Assembly (NCBI GenBank): GCA_964478715.1
Contig: CAYZIY010000011.1
Location: 1,980-65,979 of the forward strand
From: an uncultured Planctomycetales bacterium
Lineage (GTDB): Bacteria > Omnitrophota > Gorgyraeia > Zapsychrales > JBDRMG01
DNA length: 64,000 bases
Reading direction: 5' to 3'
The position numbers and the translations under genes were made by a program. The notes beneath the pieces were generated by a model. The model saw only the letters and a program-made list of their open reading frames with translations, had not been told where the DNA came from and searched no databases. Every line of letters starts with the position of its first letter. Positions within the stretch are counted from its first letter, which is position 1. Of this stretch, positions 20,330-28,771 are shown piece by piece.

Positions 20330-21617
20330 TTAACAACGGGAGGGTGACTTTAAAAGTTGTCCCGCCTCCGATTTGGCTATCGATGGCAATATGTCCGTTA
20401 TACGCTTTAATGATTTCACTGGTGATTGTCAATCCCAGTCCGCAACCCTTATCGATGTCTTTTGTCGTAAAAAAAGGCTCAAAAATATTCTCCAGGTTTT
20501 CTTCCGGAATACCGCAGCCGGTGTCTTTGATATGGATTTCAACAGCTTTATCCGCCTGTTGAGTTTTTATCGTGATATCTCCTTCTGCATCCATTGCATC
20601 AATGCTGTTACGTAAAAGATTGACCGCTATATGTTCAATTCCAAAATCTGTAATTTCGGGCAAATTTTGCGCAAATTGTTTATCGATTCGAATGTTTTTA
20701 TGATAAATGTCGAGCTTGACGGCTCCCAGGGCATCTTCGATAGCGTGGTGAATATTGACTCTCCTGATTGTCCTCGGGGCATTACGGGAGCAGGCGAGAA
20801 GATTCTTGACGATATTGGCCATGCGGTTCAATCCCTGTTTTGCCTCAAGGAGATAGCCGCGGATTACCTCGTCTGCCTGAAGTTGATCGAGGCTTAAATT
20901 CACATAACGCAATACACCGTCTAGAGGATTGTTGAGTTCATGGGCGATCCCGGCTGTGATTTTACCGATCGAGGCGAGGCGTTCCTGAATAACGATCTGC
21001 TTCTGAAGGCGGTCGGTGGTCTCTTTCTTTTTCCCCAGCTCGTCTTTCAGAGTTTGAGATTCCCTTAGGACTGTTTTGAATTTTTTATACAATTGAGTGC
21101 GACGGTAATTGAGGGCGATTTGACTTGAGAGAAAATCCAGGATCTGAAGCTCTTGAGGAGAAAAATTCTGCCCTGATTCCTTATCGGCAATATTAATAAC
21201 GCCAACCAGAATATCTTTGATCATTAAAGGTGAGCAGATAAAGGATGGCGTGCGGTAATTTTTGCGGCTTTGGTAATCGGGGAAACGCTTGTCGTTGGCA
21301 ATATCGGAAACGAAAATGGGCTGTTTCATTTCAGCGACTTTGCCGACGATTCCCTCTCCCAATTTTTTCACCAGGGTATCCTCTTCCTGTCTTTGCATGC
21401 CCCTGGCAATCTTTAAAATCAATTGCTGGCCGTTTTCGCTCAATATAAAAATGGATCCTCTCTGGGCCTTGAAGAGCTCTAGAGTTTCTTTGAGAGAGAT
21501 TTCAAGCAGGTCTCGGTCGGTTAACGAAACAGTGACAGCATTACAGATCTTTGAGATTTTCTTAAACAGATCTTCGTTTGTTAGGTCAACAAAGTGCGGG
21601 TGAGCCTCTCTATTCAT
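20313..21617 (-). CDS. soluble GAF-domain sensor histidine kinase (PrsK-like role)
   Basis: GAF domain, H box AHELNNPL, NLLRNSIDA, DTGCGI, FEPFFTTK, GCGLGL; no TM segment. Confidence 0.93.
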   Translation of the reverse strand: MNREAHPHFVDLTNEDLFKKISKICNAVTVSLTDRDLLEISLKETLELFKAQRGSIFILSENGQQLILKIARGMQRQEEDTLVKKLGEGIVGKVAEMKQPIFVSDIANDKRFPDYQSRKNYRTPSFICSPLMIKDILVGVINIADKESGQNFSPQELQILDFLSSQIALNYRRTQLYKKFKTVLRESQTLKDELGKKKETTDRLQKQIVIQERLASIGKITAGIAHELNNPLDGVLRYVNLSLDQLQADEVIRGYLLEAKQGLNRMANIVKNLLACSRNAPRTIRRVNIHHAIEDALGAVKLDIYHKNIRIDKQFAQNLPEITDFGIEHIAVNLLRNSIDAMDAEGDITIKTQQADKAVEIHIKDTGCGIPEENLENIFEPFFTTKDIDKGCGLGLTITSEIIKAYNGHIAIDSQIGGGTTFKVTLPLLNDDAS

Positions 21618-22501
21618 TATGGTTTAAGCGTGACATCCGCATCAGCTTCTTCCACCACATCGAGTTTTTCGATCATCTGCTTGAGGATTTGGGCTAACGG
21701 ATGTTTCGGATTTTCATCGAGGATGTCTTGATAGAGATTGATTGCCCTTTGCTTATCTTTTAGTTGCGTTAAAGAAATGATATTGATCGATTTTAAGATC
21801 GGCTCGGCTGTTTGAGGATGCGGATATTTTCTCAAAGAAAGCGACAGGGCGTCCAGCGCTTGATTCCAGCGCTTAGCGCTCATATAACAATTAGACAGTA
21901 AACCCAGGAGTTTGAATTCCAAATTCTTTGAAGGATCACTATTGAGCATCTCACGATAATGAATGATCGCGTTATTATAGGCTAAGGTGGCCTGCGGCTG
22001 ATTCCCTTTGTTTTCGTAATATTTCGCGATATACAGAGGCCCGGAAAGACCTTCTTCTGTTTGAGGGTATTTCTGGATCATCTCTTTGTAGATCTTTTCG
22101 GCTTCTTCCCAGTTTCCCTGCGCTTCCTGAACTTTGCCCACAGAAACCATGGCTAAGGCACAGATGTTTCTGTTGTTGGGAAATTTTGGGCATATAGAAC
22201 TGAAAATCTCTTTCGCTTTCTCATAATCTTTCTTGATGAGATAAACGCGACCCAAAATAATATGAGTTTGCGGAGTAAATTTGGAATCAGGGAAGCGCGT
22301 GATCACGGCTCGATATTGACCGGCCAGTCTCTCGAAGGCTTGATCAGGAAAAGATTCCGTGCTTTTAACCATTTTGGCAAATTGTCGATCGGCTTTCCAG
22401 AGCATTTTTTCCGCCGCAAAATCGTCTTTCTGAGATAAAAAGGTTAAAATGCCGAAGACCCCGATAAGGATAATGCAGAGAATAATGATCGTCTTTTTCA
22501 T
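21617..22501 (-). CDS. periplasmic TPR protein (membrane anchored)
   Basis: N-terminal hydrophobic segment followed by multiple TPR-like repeats (..YP.S/T..). Confidence 0.8.
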   Translation of the reverse strand: MKKTIIILCIILIGVFGILTFLSQKDDFAAEKMLWKADRQFAKMVKSTESFPDQAFERLAGQYRAVITRFPDSKFTPQTHIILGRVYLIKKDYEKAKEIFSSICPKFPNNRNICALAMVSVGKVQEAQGNWEEAEKIYKEMIQKYPQTEEGLSGPLYIAKYYENKGNQPQATLAYNNAIIHYREMLNSDPSKNLEFKLLGLLSNCYMSAKRWNQALDALSLSLRKYPHPQTAEPILKSINIISLTQLKDKQRAINLYQDILDENPKHPLAQILKQMIEKLDVVEEADADVTLKP

Positions 22502-23379
22502 AATCGTTCCTTTGCTGATAGGTAAAATATGGTTGTCGCGGTAAGTATTACCGCTTCCAGCATTAATTGCACGATAATGCTTATAGCAATTATAATTGCC
22601 TGGATTTGGGGAAAGCTTATCATAATTTGACCCGATAAGACAATTTGCCGTATCAAAATTATCGGAACATAAAGAAACATGGGTAAAAAGATGACAAACG
22701 CTATAAACCAGAAATGACGAAACAGCACCTTGAAGTTTTCGAGTATTGCCTTATGGATTTTAACCTTTTCAATCACAACGATAGGAAGAATAAAGGCGTA
22801 GAGGATTGTAATAAAAATGTTGATCAAGAGACCGAAGTAAGGCTTTCCGAAAATAACAAGATTTTTAACCGCCGCATACAGGCCTGTTTCCGAGCGGATA
22901 CGCAAAGCTCTATCAAAAGCAATATCGTAAATTTCAAGAAAAAGAAAGACAGTCGCAAAGGTTAAGACAGCCGCCAGGACAATATGAATATATTGTGATC
23001 GAATCTTGCGAAAAACAGATTTCAGAGAAATATTTTTTCCGGCATTAACGAATTCCACGATTCCGATCACAGAGGCGCTTAAGAAACTGCCAATAAAAAG
23101 ATATACCGGAACCTGGGCATCAAAAAATAATTTTGGGAGTAAGTCGTAAAAGAAAGGAAAGTGAACAAATCGAAGCGCAAACTGTTTCTCGATTATGGGG
23201 CCAAAGAAATTGACCAATGGCCAGCGCGGAGCAAACATGAGGATTTCTAATATCAACAGCTGGATGAAGGCCGTAATCACCAATGGATACATAATAACAG
23301 GATGTCCCACAAGGGTATTGACACTTGTCTTAATCAAATCAAGGACATGTTCCTTCTTTCCGGTCGATTTTCTCATCAC
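22498..23379 (-). CDS. integral membrane protein of unknown function
   Basis: About 6 hydrophobic segments; translationally coupled to the TPR gene. Confidence 0.75.
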   Translation of the reverse strand: MMRKSTGKKEHVLDLIKTSVNTLVGHPVIMYPLVITAFIQLLILEILMFAPRWPLVNFFGPIIEKQFALRFVHFPFFYDLLPKLFFDAQVPVYLFIGSFLSASVIGIVEFVNAGKNISLKSVFRKIRSQYIHIVLAAVLTFATVFLFLEIYDIAFDRALRIRSETGLYAAVKNLVIFGKPYFGLLINIFITILYAFILPIVVIEKVKIHKAILENFKVLFRHFWFIAFVIFLPMFLYVPIILIRQIVLSGQIMISFPQIQAIIIAISIIVQLMLEAVILTATTIFYLSAKERL

Positions 23380-23430
23380 AGCTCCTTTTTCAAAACTTGT
23401 TCATTTTTAATAACTTACATTGGAATGCAA

Positions 23431-23459
23431 ATTGTAGCACAGGGAAATCCTGCTGTCAA
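23431..23459 (-). promoter_or_regulatory. sigma70 promoter for the regulatory operon (membrane protein-TPR-kinase-regulator-PocR/GAF)
   Basis: TTGACA-N17-TACAAT on the minus strand. Confidence 0.7.
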
Positions 23460-23473
23460 TAATCCTTGAATTC

Positions 23474-23510
23474 AAAAAATAATGGCAGGTTAAATTTAAC
23501 CTGCCATTAT
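23474..23510 (-). terminator. intrinsic terminator ending the PEP-CTERM cassette
   Basis: Perfect 32-bp palindrome ATAATGGCAGGTTAAATTTAACCTGCCATTAT (23479-23510) followed by a T-run on the minus strand. Confidence 0.8.
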
Positions 23511-23592
23511 CGTTTTATAGAGATGCATAAAACAGGCTGTTATCGACTTGCTGTCTTTAAGTCGATAGTATCTTTTGCTTTAAACGCCTGCC

Positions 23593-23889
23593 TTATCGAC
23601 TGATTTTTCTCTTATAAACAGCCATGGCAGCCAATCCGCCCGTTAACAAAAGCATTGTAGCCGGTTCGGGATTATGAATTGTCGCGATCGTTTCCGGTCC
23701 GGTTTGCAATGTTGTGACGATTGTTGCGCCGCCATCTCCTGTTCCTCCTGTCGCAGCCGGTGATGCCGGTCCACTGACGCCCAGAGCGCTTGCTAGACCG
23801 CCCCCGCCGCCAGTTTGACATCCGTATACAAACGGCAATACCACAGAAAGAATGCTGAAGTTGATGAAGCGTGCTAATGTTCTTTTCAT
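23593..23889 (-). CDS. small lipoprotein with a PEP-CTERM sorting signal
   Basis: MKRTLARF...LPFVYGC lipobox, Gly/Ala/Thr linker, HNPEPATMLLLTGGLAAMAVYKRK. Confidence 0.82.
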   Translation of the reverse strand: MKRTLARFINFSILSVVLPFVYGCQTGGGGGLASALGVSGPASPAATGGTGDGGATIVTTLQTGPETIATIHNPEPATMLLLTGGLAAMAVYKRKISR

Positions 23890-23923
23890 AATTGACTCTT
23901 TCAAGATAAATGTGATTAAATGA

Positions 23924-24781
23924 TTACGATCTCTTTTTTCTAAAGCCCACAAAACCTAAAAGGCCGCTTCCAAGAAGCAGTAAACTCATCGGTTCCGGTA
24001 CGGGAGCGACTTTGGTGATTAAAAACATTGTATCATTATAGTCACTGTCAAACATTGGATCATCTAATGCGAGATCTTCAAACCCGATTAAATAAGTGTG
24101 ATAATCAAGTGTGATTTCGATAGGATCAGCATCACCCAGCTGAATCCACAGTGTTTCGCCTTCCAGTTCGGGAAGATGATAAGCCAGCATGTGATCTAAC
24201 GGATCAGAATTTAAATCCGGATCAGAGTACCATGTTTTAACTTGAGAACCATAGACGCTGGTCAAAGAAAATCCGAAATTCTCAAAACTTGTAAACGGAT
24301 TAATGCCGCCTGGAAAAGGATTACCGGATGTTCCGTCTCCTAAAAATCCATCATTAGGCCCTAAATTAATGACATCGATAATGTCATCAGGTAAGGTTGC
24401 GCCGTATTCAAAAACGCCTAATGTGTTGCTGGCAGCAGCGCTGAGTCCAATTGCAGCGAAGTTACTGGCCTGATCTCCGCCTAAATCATACCAGTATGAG
24501 TTGGGAACGGTGACCATGGCTGAATCAGCATCTTCATTGCTGGAATAAGCCTCAAATCCCAAAAGAAAATTGATGGCTTCATACAATTGAGGATATTGAT
24601 CTTCTCCAGTATAATCCGGATTCTCATTGTTAGACTGTTGCGGGGTTTGGACCGCATCTGGCGTGGAATCATATCCGTCCACAGTCATGATCGGATCATA
24701 CGGACCCGGATCGGCGATCGCCATTGTGCCAAAACTCGCAAGCGCCAGACTAATCGCCAGGCTTAAGATTAACTTTTTCAT
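23924..24781 (-). CDS. PEP-CTERM protein, acidic, with DUF4114-like C-terminal motif
   Basis: Signal peptide; IGFEDL...DSDYND; VPEPMSLLLLGSGLLGFVGFRKKRS. Confidence 0.92.
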   Translation of the reverse strand: MKKLILSLAISLALASFGTMAIADPGPYDPIMTVDGYDSTPDAVQTPQQSNNENPDYTGEDQYPQLYEAINFLLGFEAYSSNEDADSAMVTVPNSYWYDLGGDQASNFAAIGLSAAASNTLGVFEYGATLPDDIIDVINLGPNDGFLGDGTSGNPFPGGINPFTSFENFGFSLTSVYGSQVKTWYSDPDLNSDPLDHMLAYHLPELEGETLWIQLGDADPIEITLDYHTYLIGFEDLALDDPMFDSDYNDTMFLITKVAPVPEPMSLLLLGSGLLGFVGFRKKRS

Positions 24782-24865
24782 TTGACTCCTCCTTATTATT
24801 ACTTCTTTGTTTTTATTTTTTTCGTATATTAACGGACACCTTTGGCAGTGCCGATCAAGCTGAGG

Positions 24866-25606
24866 TTATAAAATCCTTTTCTTCTTTAATCCTATAAGGC
24901 CTAATAAACCGCCCGATAATAATGAAAGGCTTATCGGTTCGGGAACGGCATCGGTTGTCCTTGCTGTTAAAGCCAGAGAACCTCCAAATTCAGCGTTTAA
25001 GAATTCCGGCCAGCTAATATCCCATGGAAGCTCAATTTCTTCATTTTCTAAGATTGCCGGAATGGAATCATAGAGCGCCAAATAGACTTCTCCGCTCTCC
25101 AAGTCGCCATTGATTAGATATCCCCCGATATCATCATCGCCTTCAGAAAGAGGAATTCCGGAAAGGTAAGTTAAGACGTCTTCTTCGCTGGCTCCAAGGA
25201 GTCCGGACAGAGAAAATGTTCCTAGTTCGATACCGGATTCCGAGAAGCTTTCTTCAAAATCGCCTTCCTCATAGCTGCCCTCTGCCCAGAGATCTGCATC
25301 GAGAGTCCAGTCGTAAACGGTATCCCAGTCTGGAAGATTCCAGTCAAATTCATAAGCTACAGCGCCAACGCCGAAAAAAGGACCATGAGAATTAAGCTCA
25401 TCCAAAATTTCAGAATCCATCTCCAACCAGGATTGTGTTTCCAGGTCGGGTCTGCTGTCATAAGGGAAATACCCCGGCTCTTCATCATCCAGCCAGGCTT
25501 CAGGCCCGTAAAGAATACCTCCGAAAAAATCAAGGGTTGAGGTTTGGGCTGATGCTGAGCTGACCATGAAAGCTAAAGCAATAACTGCAAGAATGATACT
25601 TTTCAT
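24866..25606 (-). CDS. PEP-CTERM protein, extremely acidic
   Basis: Signal peptide MKSIILA..ASA; VPEPISLSLLSGGLLGLIGLKKKRIL. Confidence 0.92.
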   Translation of the reverse strand: MKSIILAVIALAFMVSSASAQTSTLDFFGGILYGPEAWLDDEEPGYFPYDSRPDLETQSWLEMDSEILDELNSHGPFFGVGAVAYEFDWNLPDWDTVYDWTLDADLWAEGSYEEGDFEESFSESGIELGTFSLSGLLGASEEDVLTYLSGIPLSEGDDDIGGYLINGDLESGEVYLALYDSIPAILENEEIELPWDISWPEFLNAEFGGSLALTARTTDAVPEPISLSLLSGGLLGLIGLKKKRIL

Positions 25607-25631
25607 TCGACCTTTCCTTTCTTTCATTATT

Positions 25632-26282
25632 TTATTGTTTTCTTCTTTTAACCGCGAAACCGACTAGACCTGTCCCTAGCAATAAAAGAGAAGCCGGCTC
25701 AGGCACAACAGGTTCACCATTTTCCGCCAGGACCATTCTCGCAAAAGCAAATCCGTTTGGATTCTGATCTTGTTCATTAAAAGCGACATTGATTGTCATA
25801 GCAGCGATATCCCCCTCAGTCCAGCCGAAAAATTGAGCACCGGAATTTCCCGCGACCGGAATAGTCAATGAAGAATCATCGCTCAATGTTAAAGTGACAT
25901 CGAAAATACTGTAAACATTGGGTTCAATCTCCAGTCCGAAGGCATAAAGAGAAGAATCGAATGTTCCCGTCAAAGTGTTAGGGCTGCTGACTAAGACAGC
26001 GCCGGTATAACCGCCGGACCATGTGGCCCAACCGGATCCGATTGTGCGCCTCGTTAAGTCGGCATCGAAGCTGATCGATTTGCTTTGAGGCAATGATAAC
26101 GGGGTTCCGGCCGTCAAGACATCGCCGTTATTGGGAAGCTGAGGTGTAAAATCAACATCAAAAAATGAATCCACAGCTCCTTCCCAGCTGGCTCTGTTAT
26201 CCCAGAGCGTTATCGCATGCGCGTTTTGCGCTAATGCGATACTCACGCAGATGACCAGAGCGGAAATTAGATACTTTTTCAT
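25632..26282 (-). CDS. PEP-CTERM protein
   Basis: Signal peptide ..AHA; VPEPASLLLLGTGLVGFAVKRRKQ. Confidence 0.92.
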   Translation of the reverse strand: MKKYLISALVICVSIALAQNAHAITLWDNRASWEGAVDSFFDVDFTPQLPNNGDVLTAGTPLSLPQSKSISFDADLTRRTIGSGWATWSGGYTGAVLVSSPNTLTGTFDSSLYAFGLEIEPNVYSIFDVTLTLSDDSSLTIPVAGNSGAQFFGWTEGDIAAMTINVAFNEQDQNPNGFAFARMVLAENGEPVVPEPASLLLLGTGLVGFAVKRRKQ

Positions 26283-26283
26283 A

Positions 26284-27030
26284 TTAGCTCCTCCTTCTTT
26301 TTATAAGACCAATTAGTCCCAGTCCTAGCAAGCTCAACGTTGCCGGTTCGGGGATAACGGGTTCTTCTTCGCCCTGACCGACCCAGCTGGCCACATTGAT
26401 TGAGAATTGTCCGTTGTCCGCGTATGACCAGTAATCATCGCTGAAAACATTGACATCAAGCATCGCTAATACATTATCTTGAGGGCCCCACAATGTCGCG
26501 ATGCTGTCGTCAAAAAGGGAAATGCCGCCGTCAGCCCGCCCGCCGTTCGGAACATAAATCGAACTGACGCCATTTGTTAATGCGTGATCGAGAACCGTAT
26601 TGTAAACACCGTTTGTTTCGTAATTCGCGTCATGTCCACCCAGCAAGGAAAGGAATGATTCATTCCATGTATTCCAACCGGTATTTTCGCCCATGAAGAC
26701 AACGCGACCGCCGTTATTTATGAACGAACTAAGATTCACGGCTTCAGCTGTGTTGAGTGATCCCGGTGAAGCATCCCAATCACTCTTTCGAAGGTCTACC
26801 CATACAGCATCGGCATTTGCGACCTGTGAAACATCGCCAAGGTTTGATACGACAGTAAAGCCTCCTGAGTAACTCGCGTTTAAGGCGGATGTCATTTGCG
26901 TCCAGTAAGAACTGCCGTAACCATAGTTGGTGCTATGCATTGATTCAGAAACTAAAATATAGGCCTGCGCCTGACTGCCCGCAAAAAGAACTAAAGAGAT
27001 GATTGCCATGGTTACAAATATTTTTTTCAT
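26284..27030 (-). CDS. PEP-CTERM protein (DUF4350/glutamine-amidotransferase-like fold region)
   Basis: Signal peptide ..AQA; FINNGGRVVFMGEN; IPEPATLSLLGLGLIGLIKRRRS. Confidence 0.9.
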   Translation of the reverse strand: MKKIFVTMAIISLVLFAGSQAQAYILVSESMHSTNYGYGSSYWTQMTSALNASYSGGFTVVSNLGDVSQVANADAVWVDLRKSDWDASPGSLNTAEAVNLSSFINNGGRVVFMGENTGWNTWNESFLSLLGGHDANYETNGVYNTVLDHALTNGVSSIYVPNGGRADGGISLFDDSIATLWGPQDNVLAMLDVNVFSDDYWSYADNGQFSINVASWVGQGEEEPVIPEPATLSLLGLGLIGLIKRRRS

Positions 27031-27077
27031 TTCTGACCTTTTCTTTATTATTAATAGTTGAACGTGCTAATCTGGCA

Positions 27078-27638
27078 CTAAACCGTCATTTTTTTTCTAA
27101 TCAATCCAACCAGCCCCAACCCTAAAAGGGTTAAAGTTGCCGGCTCAGGAACCGGGCACTGGGTTTCGGGAGTTAAGCCGGTGATATCAAGATCGTAGGT
27201 CCAGCCGGAGCTTCCGCCACCTGTAAATCCAAAATCGCTATAGCCTGTCGCGGCAACACCATAATATCCGGAAGAAGCAATGGCATAGTTGTAGATAGCT
27301 GAATTATAGCCGGTGTATCCATCATCATTGTAAGCAAGCTGAACTCCCGATGGAGAATAAAATCCAAGCAAAGGATCGTTTGTGTAGCTTGTGCCGCCAG
27401 GAGCGACATAGATCATCGTGATGATGTCGCCGGATGTGGCGTAAAATCTGTAGAAATCAACGGAGCTATCTCCAACTCGTGAACCATCAATATGGACCGT
27501 TCCATCATGTCCATAGAGAAATTGTGCCGTACCAAAAGAATTGTTTGTCTCAACTTCTGTATAAATGGTAGCTTGAGCTGCAGGAGTTAATGTTAAAAGA
27601 AGTCCTATAATTCCAATCATAACCAGTAAATACTTCAT
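27078..27638 (-). CDS. PEP-CTERM protein with a PPC/DVUA0089-like domain
   Basis: EVETNNSFGTAQ, VDFYRF, LAYNDDG motifs; VPEPATLTLLGLGLVGLIRKK. Confidence 0.9.
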   Translation of the reverse strand: MKYLLVMIGIIGLLLTLTPAAQATIYTEVETNNSFGTAQFLYGHDGTVHIDGSRVGDSSVDFYRFYATSGDIITMIYVAPGGTSYTNDPLLGFYSPSGVQLAYNDDGYTGYNSAIYNYAIASSGYYGVAATGYSDFGFTGGGSSGWTYDLDITGLTPETQCPVPEPATLTLLGLGLVGLIRKKMTV

Positions 27639-27667
27639 GCCTTCTCCTTTATCCATTATTGAGGTTT

Positions 27668-28543
27668 TTAACGCGCACCTTCACCCGTTAAGACAACACG
27701 GATGGTCCTTACTATAATTGTTAAATCCGTCCAAAGACAAAGTTTACGGATGTAGAGTAGATCGTATTTGATTTTTTTCTTCACATCGTTGATTGACTCA
27801 TCGTATTTATGCCAAACTTGAGCCAAGCCGGTAATGCCGGGTTTGACTTTCAGTCTTTTTTCATAATCAGGGATTACTTTTTTGAATTCATCGACAAACA
27901 TGGGGCGTTCCGGTCGCGGACCGATCAGGCTCATATCCCCTTTAAGGATATTGACAAACTGCGGTATTTCGTCCATGTGGGTTTTACGGATTAGCCCGCC
28001 CAGCGGAATCAATCTTTTATCATTATCCGAAGCCCACACAGGGCCGGAATGATCTTCAGCATCAACATGCATGGTTCGAAACTTATAAATGGTAAAAAGC
28101 TGCCCGTTTTTTCCCACGCGCGTCTGCTGGTAGATAATGGGACCCCGGCTTGTCAATTTGATCAAGACAGCCAAAAAGAGACAGATGGGCGAGGCGAGAA
28201 TGATCCCCATGGCAGCGGCCACAATATCAAAAAGTCTTTTGACTTTCTGATAAATTTTTCGGACAAAACCTACCATCATGCCGAAGATGCCGCTTCCAAA
28301 AAGAGCCAATGTGGTTGGCTCAGGGGCGCGCGAACGGGATTCTTCGGGTAAAACCGGTTTAATAGATTCAATACCTTGACGATTAACAGATGGATGATCG
28401 TGCGGCTTGATTAAAGAGAGTGCAGCCCAGGTTGTTGTCCCAAAAATAACGACCAAAGCAAAAGCGGAAATAGCCAAAGTAACCCGTTTAAATCTTTTTT
28501 TGGATTTTTTTCGGTAAATTGTTCGAGAAAGCGCTTTCTTCAT
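27668..28543 (-). CDS. priming phosphoglycosyl transferase (bacterial sugar transferase, WcaJ/PglC-type catalytic domain) with an N-terminal signal peptide and internal PEP-CTERM motif
   Basis: KRLFDI..SP, YKFRTM, DEIPQF.NILKGDMSLIGPRPE, KPGITGLAQV; upstream APEPTTLALFGSGIFGMMVGFVRK. Confidence 0.93.
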   Translation of the reverse strand: MKKALSRTIYRKKSKKRFKRVTLAISAFALVVIFGTTTWAALSLIKPHDHPSVNRQGIESIKPVLPEESRSRAPEPTTLALFGSGIFGMMVGFVRKIYQKVKRLFDIVAAAMGIILASPICLFLAVLIKLTSRGPIIYQQTRVGKNGQLFTIYKFRTMHVDAEDHSGPVWASDNDKRLIPLGGLIRKTHMDEIPQFVNILKGDMSLIGPRPERPMFVDEFKKVIPDYEKRLKVKPGITGLAQVWHKYDESINDVKKKIKYDLLYIRKLCLWTDLTIIVRTIRVVLTGEGAR

Positions 28544-28558
28544 GATACCTTATATTGA

Positions 28559-28574
28559 AGCAAATAGCGTGCCA
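28559..28574 (-). promoter_or_regulatory. sigma54 -24/-12 promoter
   Basis: TGGCACGCTATTTGCT matches TGGCAC-N5-TTGC. Confidence 0.9.
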
Positions 28575-28622
28575 TAATTTCATAAAGAAGGCAGAATTAT
28601 GGACAAATCTTATCTTATTGTC

Positions 28623-28635
28623 ATTCAATGTGTTA
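28623..28635 (+). promoter_or_regulatory. putative IHF binding site
   Basis: ATTCAATGTGTTA, near the WATCAA-N4-TTR consensus; about 50 bp upstream of the sigma54 site, the same spacing as at 63848. Confidence 0.5.
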
Positions 28636-28688
28636 TGCGTCAATAATTTGGCATGAAAACAATTAGTCATGGTAAAACCTACCAGAGG

Positions 28689-28706
28689 TATGACATACCA
28701 TGACAA
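28689..28706. promoter_or_regulatory. putative upstream activator (enhancer) site
   Basis: TATGACATACCATGACAA, 17/18 identical to 63941-63958 upstream of the other sigma54 promoter. Confidence 0.6.
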
Positions 28707-28771
28707 TACCATGTCCTAAACCTTCGACATGTTTTACCCTTTCATCATTTATTTATTAATTCTGATTTTAT

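Noticed and set aside
23540-23570. TATCGACTT..AAGTCGATA hairpin considered as a c-di-GMP riboswitch
   Set aside because: It lacks the GNRA tetraloop/receptor and GCAAA motifs and lies 3' of an operon; more likely an mRNA-stabilising hairpin
28648-28665. Plus-strand TTGGCATG resembling a divergent sigma54 -24 box
   Set aside because: There is no TTGC at -12 and no plus-strand gene downstream
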